Below are positions 1 to 13,338 of a stretch of DNA of 64,000 nucleotides, in pieces; position 1 is the first letter of the stretch; every line of letters begins with the position of its first letter. Under the pieces are notes generated by a model. That model did not search any database. It saw nothing but the letters and a program-made list of their open reading frames with translations, and was not told the origin of the DNA. A program made the translations under genes and the position numbers. Source of the stretch: Auanema rhodensis (Eukaryota; Animalia; Nematoda); the NCBI GenBank assembly GCA_964057225.1, contig OZ059899.1, forward strand, positions 1,860,001 to 1,924,000. The letters run 5' to 3'.

Positions 1-101
1 TCGACGCAGCTCAAAAATCCGCATCGAATGCACTATACTACATTGAGAAACGCTTAATACAAAAATTAGTTATGATCGTTTGAAAAATGATGCATTAGTG
101 T

Positions 102-129
102 ATGTTGAGTTTCCATGTACACTCAACAT
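102..129. other. Perfect 9-bp inverted repeat with 10-nt loop (representative copy)
   Basis: ATGTTGAGT-ttccatgtac-ACTCAACAT. Confidence 0.9.
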
Positions 130-279
130 TGCTACCAAAAACATTTTGACAAAAATTTTTTCGAAAAATTTCAAAATAATTTAGCAAAAAGTAGATGTTT
201 TTAGAATCCTTTTTTCAAGGCAAAGACGATGGACAATGTTATTCAACGAAAAAATTATTTCTTCAGGGTGAAAATCGAG

Positions 280-301
280 GATATAAGTGTGAACTTATAT
301 C
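280..301. other. Perfect 9-bp inverted repeat with GTGA loop (representative copy)
   Basis: GATATAAGT-gtga-ACTTATATC. It overlaps a second dyad, ATATCA-gt-TGATAT, at 297-310. Confidence 0.9.
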
Positions 302-2417
302 AGTTGATATCTCGGTGCATTTTTAAGCTAGCGCAAATCTGATAACACAGATCGACGCAACTTAAAAATGCGCATCGAATGCACTATACTACATTGAGAA
401 ACGCTTAATACAAAAATTAGTTATGAGCGTTTGAAAAATGATGCATTAGTGTATGTTGAGTTTCCATGTACACTCAACATTGCTTCCAAAAACATTTTGA
501 CAAAAATTTTTTCGAAAAATTTCGAAATAATTTAGCAAAAAGTAGATGTTTTTAGATTCCATTTTTCAAGGCAAAGACGATAGACAACGTTATTCAACGA
601 AAAAATTATTTCTTCAGGGTGAAAATCGAGGATATAAGTGTGAACTTATATCAGTTGATATCTCGGTGCATTTTTAAGCTAGCGCAAATCTGATAACACA
701 GATCGACGCAACTTAAAAATGCGCATCGAATGCACTATACTACATTGAGAAACGCTTAATACAAAAATTAGTTATGAGCGTTTGAAAAATGATGCATTAG
801 TGTATGTTGAGTTTCCATGTACACTCAACATTGCTTCCAAAAACATTTTGACAAAAATTTTTTCGAAAAATTTCGAAATAATTTAGCAAAAAGTAGATGT
901 TTTTAGATTCCATTTTTCAAGGCAAAGACGATAGACAACGTTATTCAACGAAAAAATTAATTCTTCAGGGTGAAAATCGAGGATATAAGTGTGAACTTAT
1001 ATCAGTTGATATCTCGGTGCATTTTCAAGCTAGCGCAAATCTGATAACAAAGATCGACGCAGCTTAAAAATCCGCATCGAATGCACTATACTACATTGAG
1101 AAACGCTTGATACAAAAATTAGTTATGATCGTTTGAAAAATGATGCATTAGTGTATGTTGAGTTTCCATGTACACTCAACATTGCTTCCAAAAACATTTT
1201 GACAAAAATTTTTTCGAAAAATTTCGAAATAATTTAGCAAAAAGTAGATGTTTTTAGATTCCATTTTTCAAGGCAAAGACGATAGACAATGTTATTCAAC
1301 GAAAAAATTAATTCTTTAGGGTGAAAATCGAGGATATAAGTGTGAACTTATATCAGTTGATATCTCGGTGCATTTTTAAGCTAGCGCAAATCTGATAACA
1401 CAGATCGACGCAGCTTAAAAATCCGCATCGAATGCACTATACTACATAGAGAAACGCTTAATACAAAAATTAGTTATGATCGTTTGAAAAATGATGCATT
1501 AGTGTATGTTGAGTTTCCATGTACACTCAACATTGCTTCCAAAAACATTTTGACAAAAATTTTTTCGAAAAATTTCAAAATAATTTAGCCAAAAGTAGAT
1601 GTTTTTAGAATCCTTTTTTCAAGGCAAAGACGATGGACAATGTTATTCAACGAAAAAATTATTTCTTCAGGGTGAAAATCGAGGATATAAGTGTGAACTT
1701 ATATCAGTTGATATCTCGGTGTATTTTTAAGCTAGCGCAAATCTGATAACACAGATCGACGCAGCGTAAAAATCCGCATCGAATGCACTATACAACATTG
1801 AGAAACGCTTGATACAAAAATTAGTTATGATCGTTTGAAAAATGATGCATTAGTGTATGTTGAGTTTCCATGTACACTCAACATTGCTTCCAAAAACATT
1901 TTGACAAAAATTTTTTCGAAAATTTTCAAAATAATTTAGCAAAAAGTAGATGTTTTTAGATTCCAGTTTTCAAGGCAAAGACGATAGACAATGTTATTCA
2001 ACGAAAAAATTAATTCTTCAGGGTGAAAATCGAGGATATAAGTGTGAACTTATATCAGTTGATATCTCGGTGTATTTTTAAGCTAGCGCAAATCTGATAA
2101 CACAGATCGACGCAGCTTAAAAATCCGCATCGAATGCACTATACTACATTGAGAAACGCTTAATACAAAAATTAGTTATGATCGTTTGAAAAATGATGCA
2201 TTAGTGTATGTTGAGTTTCCATGTACACTCAACATTGCTTCCAAAAACATTTTGACAAAAATGTTTTCGAAAAATTTCAAAATAATTTAGCGAAAAGTAG
2301 ATGTTTTTAGATTCCTTTTTTCAAGGCAAAGACGATGGACAATGTTATTCAACGAAAAAATTATTTCTTCAGGGTGAAAATCGAGGATATAAGTGTGAAC
2401 TTATATCAGTTGATATC

Positions 2418-2484
2418 TCGGTGCATTTTTAAGCTAGCGCAAATCTGATAACACAGATCGACGCAGCTTAAAAATCCGCATCGA
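2418..2484. other. Roughly 67-bp imperfect palindrome across the monomer boundary (representative copy; one per monomer)
   Basis: TCGGTGC-ATTTTTAAGCT-a-GCG-caa-ATCTG-[ataaca]-CAGAT-cga-CGC-AGCTTAAAAAT-cc-GCATCGA gives stems of 7 (one G.T), 11, 3 and 5 bp. Confidence 0.85.
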
Positions 2485-5400
2485 ATGCACTATACTACAT
2501 TGAGAAACGCTTAATACAAAAATTAGTCATGATCGTTTGAAAAATGATGCATTAGTGTATGTTGAGTTTCCATGTACACTCAACATTGCTTCCAAAAACA
2601 TTTTGACAAAAATTTTTTCGAAAATTTTCAAAATAATTTAGCAAAAAGTAGATGTTTTTAGATTCCAGTTTTCAAGGCAAAGACGATAGACAATGTTATT
2701 CAACGAAAAAATTAATTCTTCAGGGTGAAAATCGAGGATATAAGTGTGAACTTATATCAGTTGATATCTCGGTGTATTTTTAAGCTAGCGCAAATCTGAT
2801 AACACAGATCGACGCAGCTTAAAAATCCGCATCGAATGCACTATACTACATTGAGAAACGCTTAATACAAAAATTAGTTATGATCGTTTGAAAAATGATG
2901 CATTAGTGTATGTTGAGTTTCCATGTACACTCAACATTGCTTCCAAAAACATTTTGACAAAAATGTTTTCGAAAAATTTCAAAATAATTTAGCGAAAAGT
3001 AGATGTTTTTAGATTCCTTTTTTCAAGGCAAAGACGATGGACAATGTTATTCAACGAAAAAATTATTTCTTCAGGGTGAAAATCGAGGATATAAGTGTGA
3101 ACTTATATCAGTTGATATCTCGGTGCATTTTTAAGCTAGCGCAAATCTGATAACACAGATCGACGCAGCTTAAAAATCCGCATCGAATGCACTATACTAC
3201 ATTGAGAAACGCTTAATACAAAAATTAGTCATGATCGTTTGAAAAATGATGCATTAGTGTATGTTGAGTTTCCATGTACACTCAACATTGCTTCCAAAAA
3301 CATTTTGACAAAAATTTTTTCGAAAATTTTCAAAATAATTTAGCAAAAAGTAGATGTTTTTAGATTCCAGTTTTCAAGGCAAAGACGATAGACAATGTTA
3401 TTCAACGAAAAAATTAATTCTTCAGGGTGAAAATCGAGGATATAAGTGTGAACTTATATCAGTTGATATCTCGGTGTATTTTTAAGCTAGCGCAAATCTG
3501 ATAACACAGATCGACGCAGCTTAAAAATCCGCATCGAATGCACTATACTACATTGAGAAACGCTTAATACAAAAATTAGTTATGATCGTTTGAAAAATGA
3601 TGCATTAGTGTATGTTGAGTTTCCATGTACACTCAACATTGCTTCCAAAAACATTTTGACAAAAATGTTTTCGAAAAATTTCAAAATAATTTAGCGAAAA
3701 GTAGATGTTTTTAGATTCCTTTTTTCAAGGCAAAGACGATGGACAATGTTATTCAACGAAAAAATTATTTCTTCAGGGTGAAAATCGAGGATATAAGTGT
3801 GAACTTATATCAGTTGATATCTCGGTGCATTTTTAAGCTAGCGCAAATCTGATAACACAGATCGACGCAGCTTAAAAATCCGCATCGAATGCACTATACT
3901 ACATTGAGAAACGCTTAATACAAAAATTAGTCATGATCGTTTGAAAAATGATGCATTAGTGTATGTTGAGTTTCCATGTACACTCAACATTGCTTCCAAA
4001 AACATTTTGACAAAAATTTTTTCGAAAATTTTCAAAATAATTTAGCAAAAAGTAGATGTTTTTAGATTCCATTTTTCAAGGCAAAGACGATAGACAATGT
4101 TATTCAACGAAAAAATTAATTCTTCAGGGTGAAAATCGAGGATATAAGTGTGAACTTATATCAGTTGATATCTCGGTGCATTTTTAAGCTAGCGCAAATC
4201 TGATAACACAGATCGAAGCAGCTTAAAAATCCGCATCGAATGCACTATACAACATTGAGAAACGCTTGATACAAAAATTAGTTATGATCGTTTGAAAAAT
4301 GATGCATTAGTGTATGTTGAGTTTCCATGTACACTCAACATTGCTTCCAAAAACATTTTGACAAAAATGTTTTCGAAAAATTTCAAAATAATTTAGCGAA
4401 AAGTAGATGTTTTTAGATTCCTTTTTTCAAGGCAAAGACGATGGACAATGTTATTCAACGAAAAAATTATTTCTTCAGGGTGAAAATCGAGGATATAAGT
4501 GTGAACTTATATCAGTTGATATCTCGGTGCATTTTTAAGCTAGCGCAAATCTGATAACACAGATCGACGCAGCTTAAAAATCCGCATCGAATGCACTATA
4601 CTACATTGAGAAACGCTTAATACAAAAATTAGTCATGATCGTTTGAAAAATGATGCATTAGTGTATGTTGAGTTTCCATGTACACTCAACATTGCTTCCA
4701 AAAACATTTTGACAAAAATTTTTTCGAAAATTTTCAAAATAATTTAGCAAAAAGTAGATGTTTTTAGATTCCATTTTTCAAGGCAAAGACGATAGACAAT
4801 GTTATTCAACGAAAAAATTAATTCTTCAGAGTGAAAATCGAGGATATAAGTGTGAACTTATATCAGTTGATATCTCGGTGCATTTTTAAGCTAGCGCAAA
4901 TCTGATAACACAGATCGAAGCAGCTTAAAAATCCGCATCGAATGCACTATACAACATTGAGAAACGCTTGATACAAAAATTAGTTATGATCGTTTGAAAA
5001 ATGATGCATTAGTGTATGTTGAGTTTCCATGTACACTCAACATTGCTTCCAAAAACATTTTGACAAAAATGTTTTCGAAAAATTTCAAAATAATTTAGCG
5101 AAAAGTAGATGTTTTTAGATTCCTTTTTTCAAGGCAAAGACGATGGACAATGTTATTCAACGAAAAAATTATTTCTTCAGGGTGAAAATCGAGGATATAA
5201 GTGTGAACTTATATCAGTTGATATCTCGGTGCATTTTTAAGCTAGCGCAAATCTGATAACACAGATCGACGCAGCTTAAAAATCCGCATCGAATGCACTA
5301 TACTACATTGAGAAACGCTTAATACAAAAATTAGTCATGATCGTTTGAAAAATGATGCATTAGTGTATGTTGAGTTTCCATGTACACTCAACATTGCTTC

Positions 5401-8400
5401 CAAAAACATTTTGACAAAAATTTTTTCAAAAATTTTCAAAATAATTTAGCAAAAAGTAGATGTTTTTAGATTCCATTTTTCAAGGCAAAGACGATAGACA
5501 ATGTTATTCAACGAAAAAATTAATTCTTCAGGGTGAAAATCGAGGATATAAGTGTGAACTTATATCAGTTGATATCTCGGTGCATTTTTAAGCTAGCGCA
5601 AATCTGATAACACAGATCGACGCAGCTTAAAAATCCGCATCGAATGCACTATACTACATTGAGAAACGCTTAATACAAAAATTAGTCATGATCGTTTGAA
5701 AAATGATGCATTAGTGTATGTTGAGTTTCCATGTACACTCAACATTGCTTCCAAAAACATTTTGACAAAAATTTTTTCGAAAATTTTCAAAATAATTTAG
5801 CGAAAAGTAGATGTTTTTAGATTCCTTTTTTCAAGGCAAAGACGATGGACAATGTTATTCAACGAAAAAATTATTTCTTCAGGGTGAAAATCGAGGATAT
5901 AAGTGTGAACTTATATCAGTTGATATCTCGGTGCATTTTTAAGCTAGCGCAAATCTGATAACACAGATCGACGCAGCTTAAAAATCCGCATCGAATGCAC
6001 TATACTACATTGAGAAACGCTTAATACAAAAATTAGTCATGATCGTTTGAAAAATGATGCATTAGTGTATGTTGAGTTTCCATGTACACTCAACATTGCT
6101 TCCAAAAACATTTTGACAAAAATTTTTTCGAAAATTTTCAAAATAATTTAGCAAAAAGTAGATGTTTTTAGATTCCATTTTTCAAGGCAAAGACGATAGA
6201 CAATGTTATTCAACGAAAAAATTAATTCTTCAGGGTGAAAATCGAGGATATAAGTGTGAACTTATATCAGTTGATATCTCGGTGCATTTTTAAGCTAGCG
6301 CAAATCTGATAACACAGATCGACGCAGCTTAGAAATCCGCATCGAATGCACTATACAACATTGAGAAACGCTTGATACAAAAATTAGTTATGATCGTTTG
6401 AAAAATGATGCATTAGTGTATGTTGAGTTTCCATGTACACTCAACATTGCTTCCAAAAACATTTTGACAAAAATGTTTTCGAAAAATTTCAAAATAATTT
6501 AGCGAAAAGTAGATGTTTTTAGATTCCTTTTTTCAAGGCAAAGACGATGGACAATGTTATTCAACGAAAAAATTATTTCTTCAGGGTGAAAATCGAGGAT
6601 ATAAGTGTGAACTTATATCAGTTGATATCTCGGTGCATTTTTAAGCTAGCGCAAATCTGATAACACAGATCGACGCAGCTTAAAAATCCGCATCGAATGC
6701 ACTATACTACATTGAGAAACGCTTAATACAAAAATTAGTCATGATCGTTTGAAAAATGATGCATTAGTGTATGTTGAGTTTCCATGTACACTCAACATTG
6801 CTTCCAAAAACATTTTGACAAAAATTTTTTCGAAAATTTTCAAAATAATTTAGCAAAAAGTAGATGTTTTTAGATTCCATTTTTCAAGGCAAAGACGATA
6901 GACAATGTTATTCAACGAAAAAATTAATTCTTCAGGGTGAAAATCGAGGATATAAGTGTGAACTTATATCAGTTGATATCTCGGTGCATTTTTAAGCTAG
7001 CGCAAATCTGATAACACAGATCGACGCAGCTTAGAAATCCGCATCGAATGCACTATACAACATTGAGAAACGCTTGATACAAAAATTAGTTATGATCGTT
7101 TGAAAAATGATGCATTAGTGTATGTTGAGTTTCCATGTACACTCAACATTGCTTCCAAAAACATTTTGACAAAAATGTTTTCGAAAAATTTCAAAATAAT
7201 TTAGCGAAAAGTAGATGTTTTTAGATTCCTTTTTTCAAGGCAAAGACGATGGACAATGTTATTCAACGAAAAAATTATTTCTTCAGGGTGAAAATCGAGG
7301 ATATAAGTGTGAACTTATATCAGTTGATATCTCGGTGCATTTTTAAGCTAGCGCAAATCTGATAACACAGATCGACGCAGCTTAAAAATCCGCATCGAAT
7401 GCACTATACTACATTGAGAAACGCTTAATACAAAAATTAGTCATGATCGTTTGAAAAATGATGCATTAGTGTATGTTGAGTTTCCATGTACACTCAACAT
7501 TGCTTCCAAAAACATTTTGACAAAAATGTTTTCGAAAAATTTCAAAATAATTTAGCGAAAAGTAGATGTTTTTAGATTCCTTTTTTCAAGGCAAAGACGA
7601 TGGACAATGTTATTCAACGAAAAAACTATTTCTTCAGGGTGAAAATCGAGGATATAAGTGTGAACTTATATCAGTTGATATCTCGGTGCATTTTTAAGCT
7701 AGCGCAAATCTGATAACACAGATCGACGCAGCTTAAAAATCCGCATCGAATGCACTATACTACATTGAGAAACGCTTAATACAAAAATTAGTCATGATCG
7801 TTTGAAAAATGATGCATTAGTGTATGTTGAGTTTCCATGTACACTCAACATTGCTTCCAAAAACATTTTGACAAAAATTTTTTCGAAAATTTTCAAAATA
7901 ATTTAGCAAAAAGTAGATGTTTTTAGATTCCATTTTTCAAGGCAAAGACGATGGACAATGTTATTCAACGAAAAAATTAATTCTTCAGGGTGAAAATCGA
8001 GGATATAAGTGTGAACTTATATCAGTTGATATCTCGGTGCATTTTTAAGCTAGCGCAAATCTGATAACACAGATCGACGCAGCTTAAAAATCCGCATCGA
8101 ATGCACTATACTACATAGAGAAACGCTTAATACAAAAATTAGTTATGATCGTTTGAAAAATGATGCATTAGTGTATGTTGAGTTTCCATGTACACTCAAC
8201 ATTGCTTCCAAAAACATTTTGACAAAAATTTTTTCGAAAAATTTCAAAATAATTTAGCCAAAAGTAGATGTTTTTAGAATCCTTTTTTCAAGGCAAAGAC
8301 GATAGACGACGTTATTCAACGAAAAAATTAATTCTTCAGGGTGAAAATCGAGGATATAAGTGTGAACTTATATCAGTTGATATCTCGGTGCATTTTCAAG

Positions 8401-11400
8401 CTAGCGCAAATCTGATAACAAAGATCGACGCAGCTTAAAAATCCGCATCGAATGCACTATACTACATTGAGAAACGCTTGATACAAAAATTAGTTATGAT
8501 CGTTTGAAAAATGATGCATTAGTGTATGTTGAGTTTCCATGTACACTCAACATTGCTTCCAAAAACATTTTGACAAAAATTTTTTCGAAAAATTTCGAAA
8601 TAATTTAGCAAAAAGTAGATGTTTTTAGATTCCATTTTTCAAGGCAAAGACGATAGACAATGTTATTCAACGAAAAAATTAATTCTTTAGGGTGAAAATC
8701 GAGGATATAAGTGTGAACTTATATCAGTTGATATCTCGGTGCATTTTTAAGCTAGCGCAAATCTGATAACACAGATCGACGCAGCTTAAAAATCCGCATC
8801 GAATGCACTATACTACATAGAGAAACGCTTAATACAAAAATTAGTTATGATCGTTTGAAAAATGATGCATTAGTGTATGTTGAGTTTCCATGTACACTCA
8901 ACATTGCTTCCAAAAACATTTTGACAAAAATTTTTTCGAAAAATTTCAAAATAATTTAGCCAAAAGTAGATGTTTTTAGAATCCTTTTTTCAAGGCAAAG
9001 ACGATGGACAATGTTATTCAACGAAAAAATTATTTCTTCAGGGTGAAAATCGAGGATATAAGTGTGAACTTATATCAGTTGATATCTCGGTGCATTTTTA
9101 AGCTAGCGCAAATCTGAAAACACAGATCGACGCAGCTCAAAAATCCGCATCGAATGCACTATACTACATTGAGAAACGCTTAATACAAAAATTAGTTATG
9201 ATCGTTTGAAAAATGATGCATTAGTGTATGTTGAGTTTCCATGTACACTCAACATTGCTACCAAAAACATTTTGACAAAAATTTTTTCGAAAAATTTCAA
9301 AATAATTTAGCAAAAAGTAGATGTTTTTAGAATCCTTTTTTCAAGGCAAAGACGATGGACAATGTTATTCAACGAAAAAATTATTTCTTCAGGGTGAAAA
9401 TCGAGGATATAAGTGTGAACTTATATCAGTTGATATCTCGGTGCATTTTTAAGCTAGCGCAAATCTGATAACACAGATCGACGCAACTTAAAAATGCGCA
9501 TCGAATGCACTATACTACATTGAGAAACGCTTAATACAAAAATTAGTTATGAGCGTTTGAAAAATGATGCATTAGTGTATGTTGAGTTTCCATGTACACT
9601 CAACATTGCTTCCAAAAACATTTTGACAAAAATTTTTTCGAAAAATTTCGAAATAATTTAGCAAAAAGTAGATGTTTTTAGATTCCATTTTTCAAGGCAA
9701 AGACGATAGACAACGTTATTCAACGAAAAAATTATTTCTTCAGGGTGAAAATCGAGGATATAAGTGTGAACTTATATCAGTTGATATCTCGGTGCATTTT
9801 TAAGCTAGCGCAAATCTGATAACACAGATCGACGCAACTTAAAAATGCGCATCGAATGCACTATACTACATTGAGAAACGCTTAATACAAAAATTAGTTA
9901 TGAGCGTTTGAAAAATGATGCATTAGTGTATGTTGAGTTTCCATGTACACTCAACATTGCTTCCAAAAACATTTTGACAAAAATTTTTTCGAAAAATTTC
10001 GAAATAATTTAGCAAAAAGTAGATGTTTTTAGATTCCATTTTTCAAGGCAAAGACGATAGACAACGTTATTCAACGAAAAAATTAATTCTTCAGGGTGAA
10101 AATCGAGGATATAAGTGTGAACTTATATCAGTTGATATCTCGGTGCATTTTCAAGCTAGCGCAAATCTGATAACAAAGATCGACGCAGCTTAAAAATCCG
10201 CATCGAATGCACTATACTACATTGAGAAACGCTTGATACAAAAATTAGTTATGATCGTTTGAAAAATGATGCATTAGTGTATGTTGAGTTTCCATGTACA
10301 CTCAACATTGCTTCCAAAAACATTTTGACAAAAATTTTTTCGAAAAATTTCGAAATAATTTAGCAAAAAGTAGATGTTTTTAGATTCCATTTTTCAAGGC
10401 AAAGACGATAGACAATGTTATTCAACGAAAAAATTAATTCTTTAGGGTGAAAATCGAGGATATAAGTGTGAACTTATATCAGTTGATATCTCGGTGCATT
10501 TTTAAGCTAGCGCAAATCTGATAACACAGATCGACGCAGCTTAAAAATCCGCATCGAATGCACTATACTACATAGAGAAACGCTTAATACAAAAATTAGT
10601 TATGATCGTTTGAAAAATGATGCATTAGTGTATGTTGAGTTTCCATGTACACTCAACATTGCTTCCAAAAACATTTTGACAAAAATTTTTTCGAAAAATT
10701 TCAAAATAATTTAGCCAAAAGTAGATGTTTTTAGAATCCTTTTTTCAAGGCAAAGACGATGGACAATGTTATTCAACGAAAAAATTAATTCTTCAGGGTG
10801 AAAATCGAGGATATAAGTGTGAACTTATATCAGTTGATATCTCGGTGCATTTTCAAGCTAGCGCAAATCTGATAACAAAGATCGACGCAGCTTAAAAATC
10901 CGCATCGAATGCACTATACTACATTGAGAAACGCTTGATACAAAAATTAGTTATGATCGTTTGAAAAATGATGCATTAGTGTATGTTGAGTTTCCATGTA
11001 CACTCAACATTGCTTCCAAAAACATTTTGACAAAAATTTTTTCGAAAAATTTCGAAATAATTTAGCAAAAAGTAGATGTTTTTAGATTCCATTTTTCAAG
11101 GCAAAGACGATAGACAATGTTATTCAACGAAAAAATTAATTCTTTAGGGTGAAAATCGAGGATATAAGTGTGAACTTATATCAGTTGATATCTCGGTGCA
11201 TTTTTAAGCTAGCGCAAATCTGATAACACAGATCGACGCAGCTTAAAAATCCGCATCGAATGCACTATACTACATAGAGAAACGCTTAATACAAAAATTA
11301 GTTATGATCGTTTGAAAAATGATGCATTAGTGTATGTTGAGTTTCCATGTACACTCAACATTGCTTCCAAAAACATTTTGACAAAAATTTTTTCGAAAAA

Positions 11401-13338
11401 TTTCAAAATAATTTAGCCAAAAGTAGATGTTTTTAGAATCCTTTTTTCAAGGCAAAGACGATGGACAATGTTATTCAACGAAAAAATTATTTCTTCAGGG
11501 TGAAAATCGAGGATATAAGTGTGAACTTATATCAGTTGATATCTCGGTGCATTTTTAAGCTAGCGCAAATCTGATAACACAGATCGACGCAGCGTAAAAA
11601 TCCGCATCGAATGCACTATACAACATTGAGAAACGCTTGATACAAAAATTAGTTATGATCGTTTGAAAAATGATGCATTAGTGTATGTTGAGTTTCCATG
11701 TACACTCAACATTGCTTCCAAAAACATTTTGACAAAAATTTTTTCGAAAATTTTCAAAATAATTTAGCAAAAAGTAGATGTTTTTAGATTCCAGTTTTCA
11801 AGGCAAAGACGATAGACAATGTTATTCAACGAAAAAATTAATTCTTCAGGGTGAAAATCGAGGATATAAGTGTGAACTTATATCAGTTGATATCTCGGTG
11901 TATTTTTAAGCTAGCGCAAATCTGATAACACAGATCGACGCAGCTTAAAAATCCGCATCGAATGCACTATACTACATTGAGAAACGCTTAATACAAAAAT
12001 TAGTTATGATCGTTTGAAAAATGATGCATTAGTGTATGTTGAGTTTCCATGTACACTCAACATTGCTTCCAAAAACATTTTGACAAAAATGTTTTCGAAA
12101 AATTTCAAAATAATTTAGCGAAAAGTAGATGTTTTTAGATTCCTTTTTTCAAGGCAAAGACGATGGACAATGTTATTCAACGAAAAAATTATTTCTTCAG
12201 GGTGAAAATCGAGGATATAAGTGTGAACTTATATCAGTTGATATCTCGGTGCATTTTTAAGCTAGCGCAAATCTGATAACACAGATCGACGCAGCTTAAA
12301 AATCCGCATCGAATGCACTATACTACATTGAGAAACGCTTAATACAAAAATTAGTCATGATCGTTTGAAAAATGATGCATTAGTGTATGTTGAGTTTCCA
12401 TGTACACTCAACATTGCTTCCAAAAACATTTTGACAAAAATTTTTTCGAAAATTTTCAAAATAATTTAGCAAAAAGTAGATGTTTTTAGATTCCAGTTTT
12501 CAAGGCAAAGACGATAGACAATGTTATTCAACGAAAAAATTAATTCTTCAGGGTGAAAATCGAGGATATAAGTGTGAACTTATATCAGTTGATATCTCGG
12601 TGTATTTTTAAGCTAGCGCAAATCTGATAACACAGATCGACGCAGCTTAAAAATCCGCATCGAATGCACTATACTACATTGAGAAACGCTTAATACAAAA
12701 ATTAGTTATGATCGTTTGAAAAATGATGCATTAGTGTATGTTGAGTTTCCATGTACACTCAACATTGCTTCCAAAAACATTTTGACAAAAATGTTTTCGA
12801 AAAATTTCAAAATAATTTAGCGAAAAGTAGATGTTTTTAGATTCCTTTTTTCAAGGCAAAGACGATGGACAATGTTATTCAACGAAAAAATTATTTCTTC
12901 AGGGTGAAAATCGAGGATATAAGTGTGAACTTATATCAGTTGATATCTCGGTGCATTTTTAAGCTAGCGCAAATCTGATAACACAGATCGACGCAGCTTA
13001 AAAATCCGCATCGAATGCACTATACTACATTGAGAAACGCTTAATACAAAAATTAGTCATGATCGTTTGAAAAATGATGCATTAGTGTATGTTGAGTTTC
13101 CATGTACACTCAACATTGCTTCCAAAAACATTTTGACAAAAATTTTTTCGAAAATTTTCAAAATAATTTAGCAAAAAGTAGATGTTTTTAGATTCCATTT
13201 TTCAAGGCAAAGACGATAGACAATGTTATTCAACGAAAAAATTAATTCTTCAGGGTGAAAATCGAGGATATAAGTGTGAACTTATATCAGTTGATATCTC
13301 GGTGCATTTTTAAGCTAGCGCAAATCTGATAACACAGA

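Noticed and set aside
1-351. Monomer as an ancient dimer of ~175-bp subunits, or a 5S rRNA/tRNA tandem unit
   Set aside because: I saw no convincing similarity between the two halves by eye, and no cloverleaf, Pol III A/B/C boxes or rRNA motifs.
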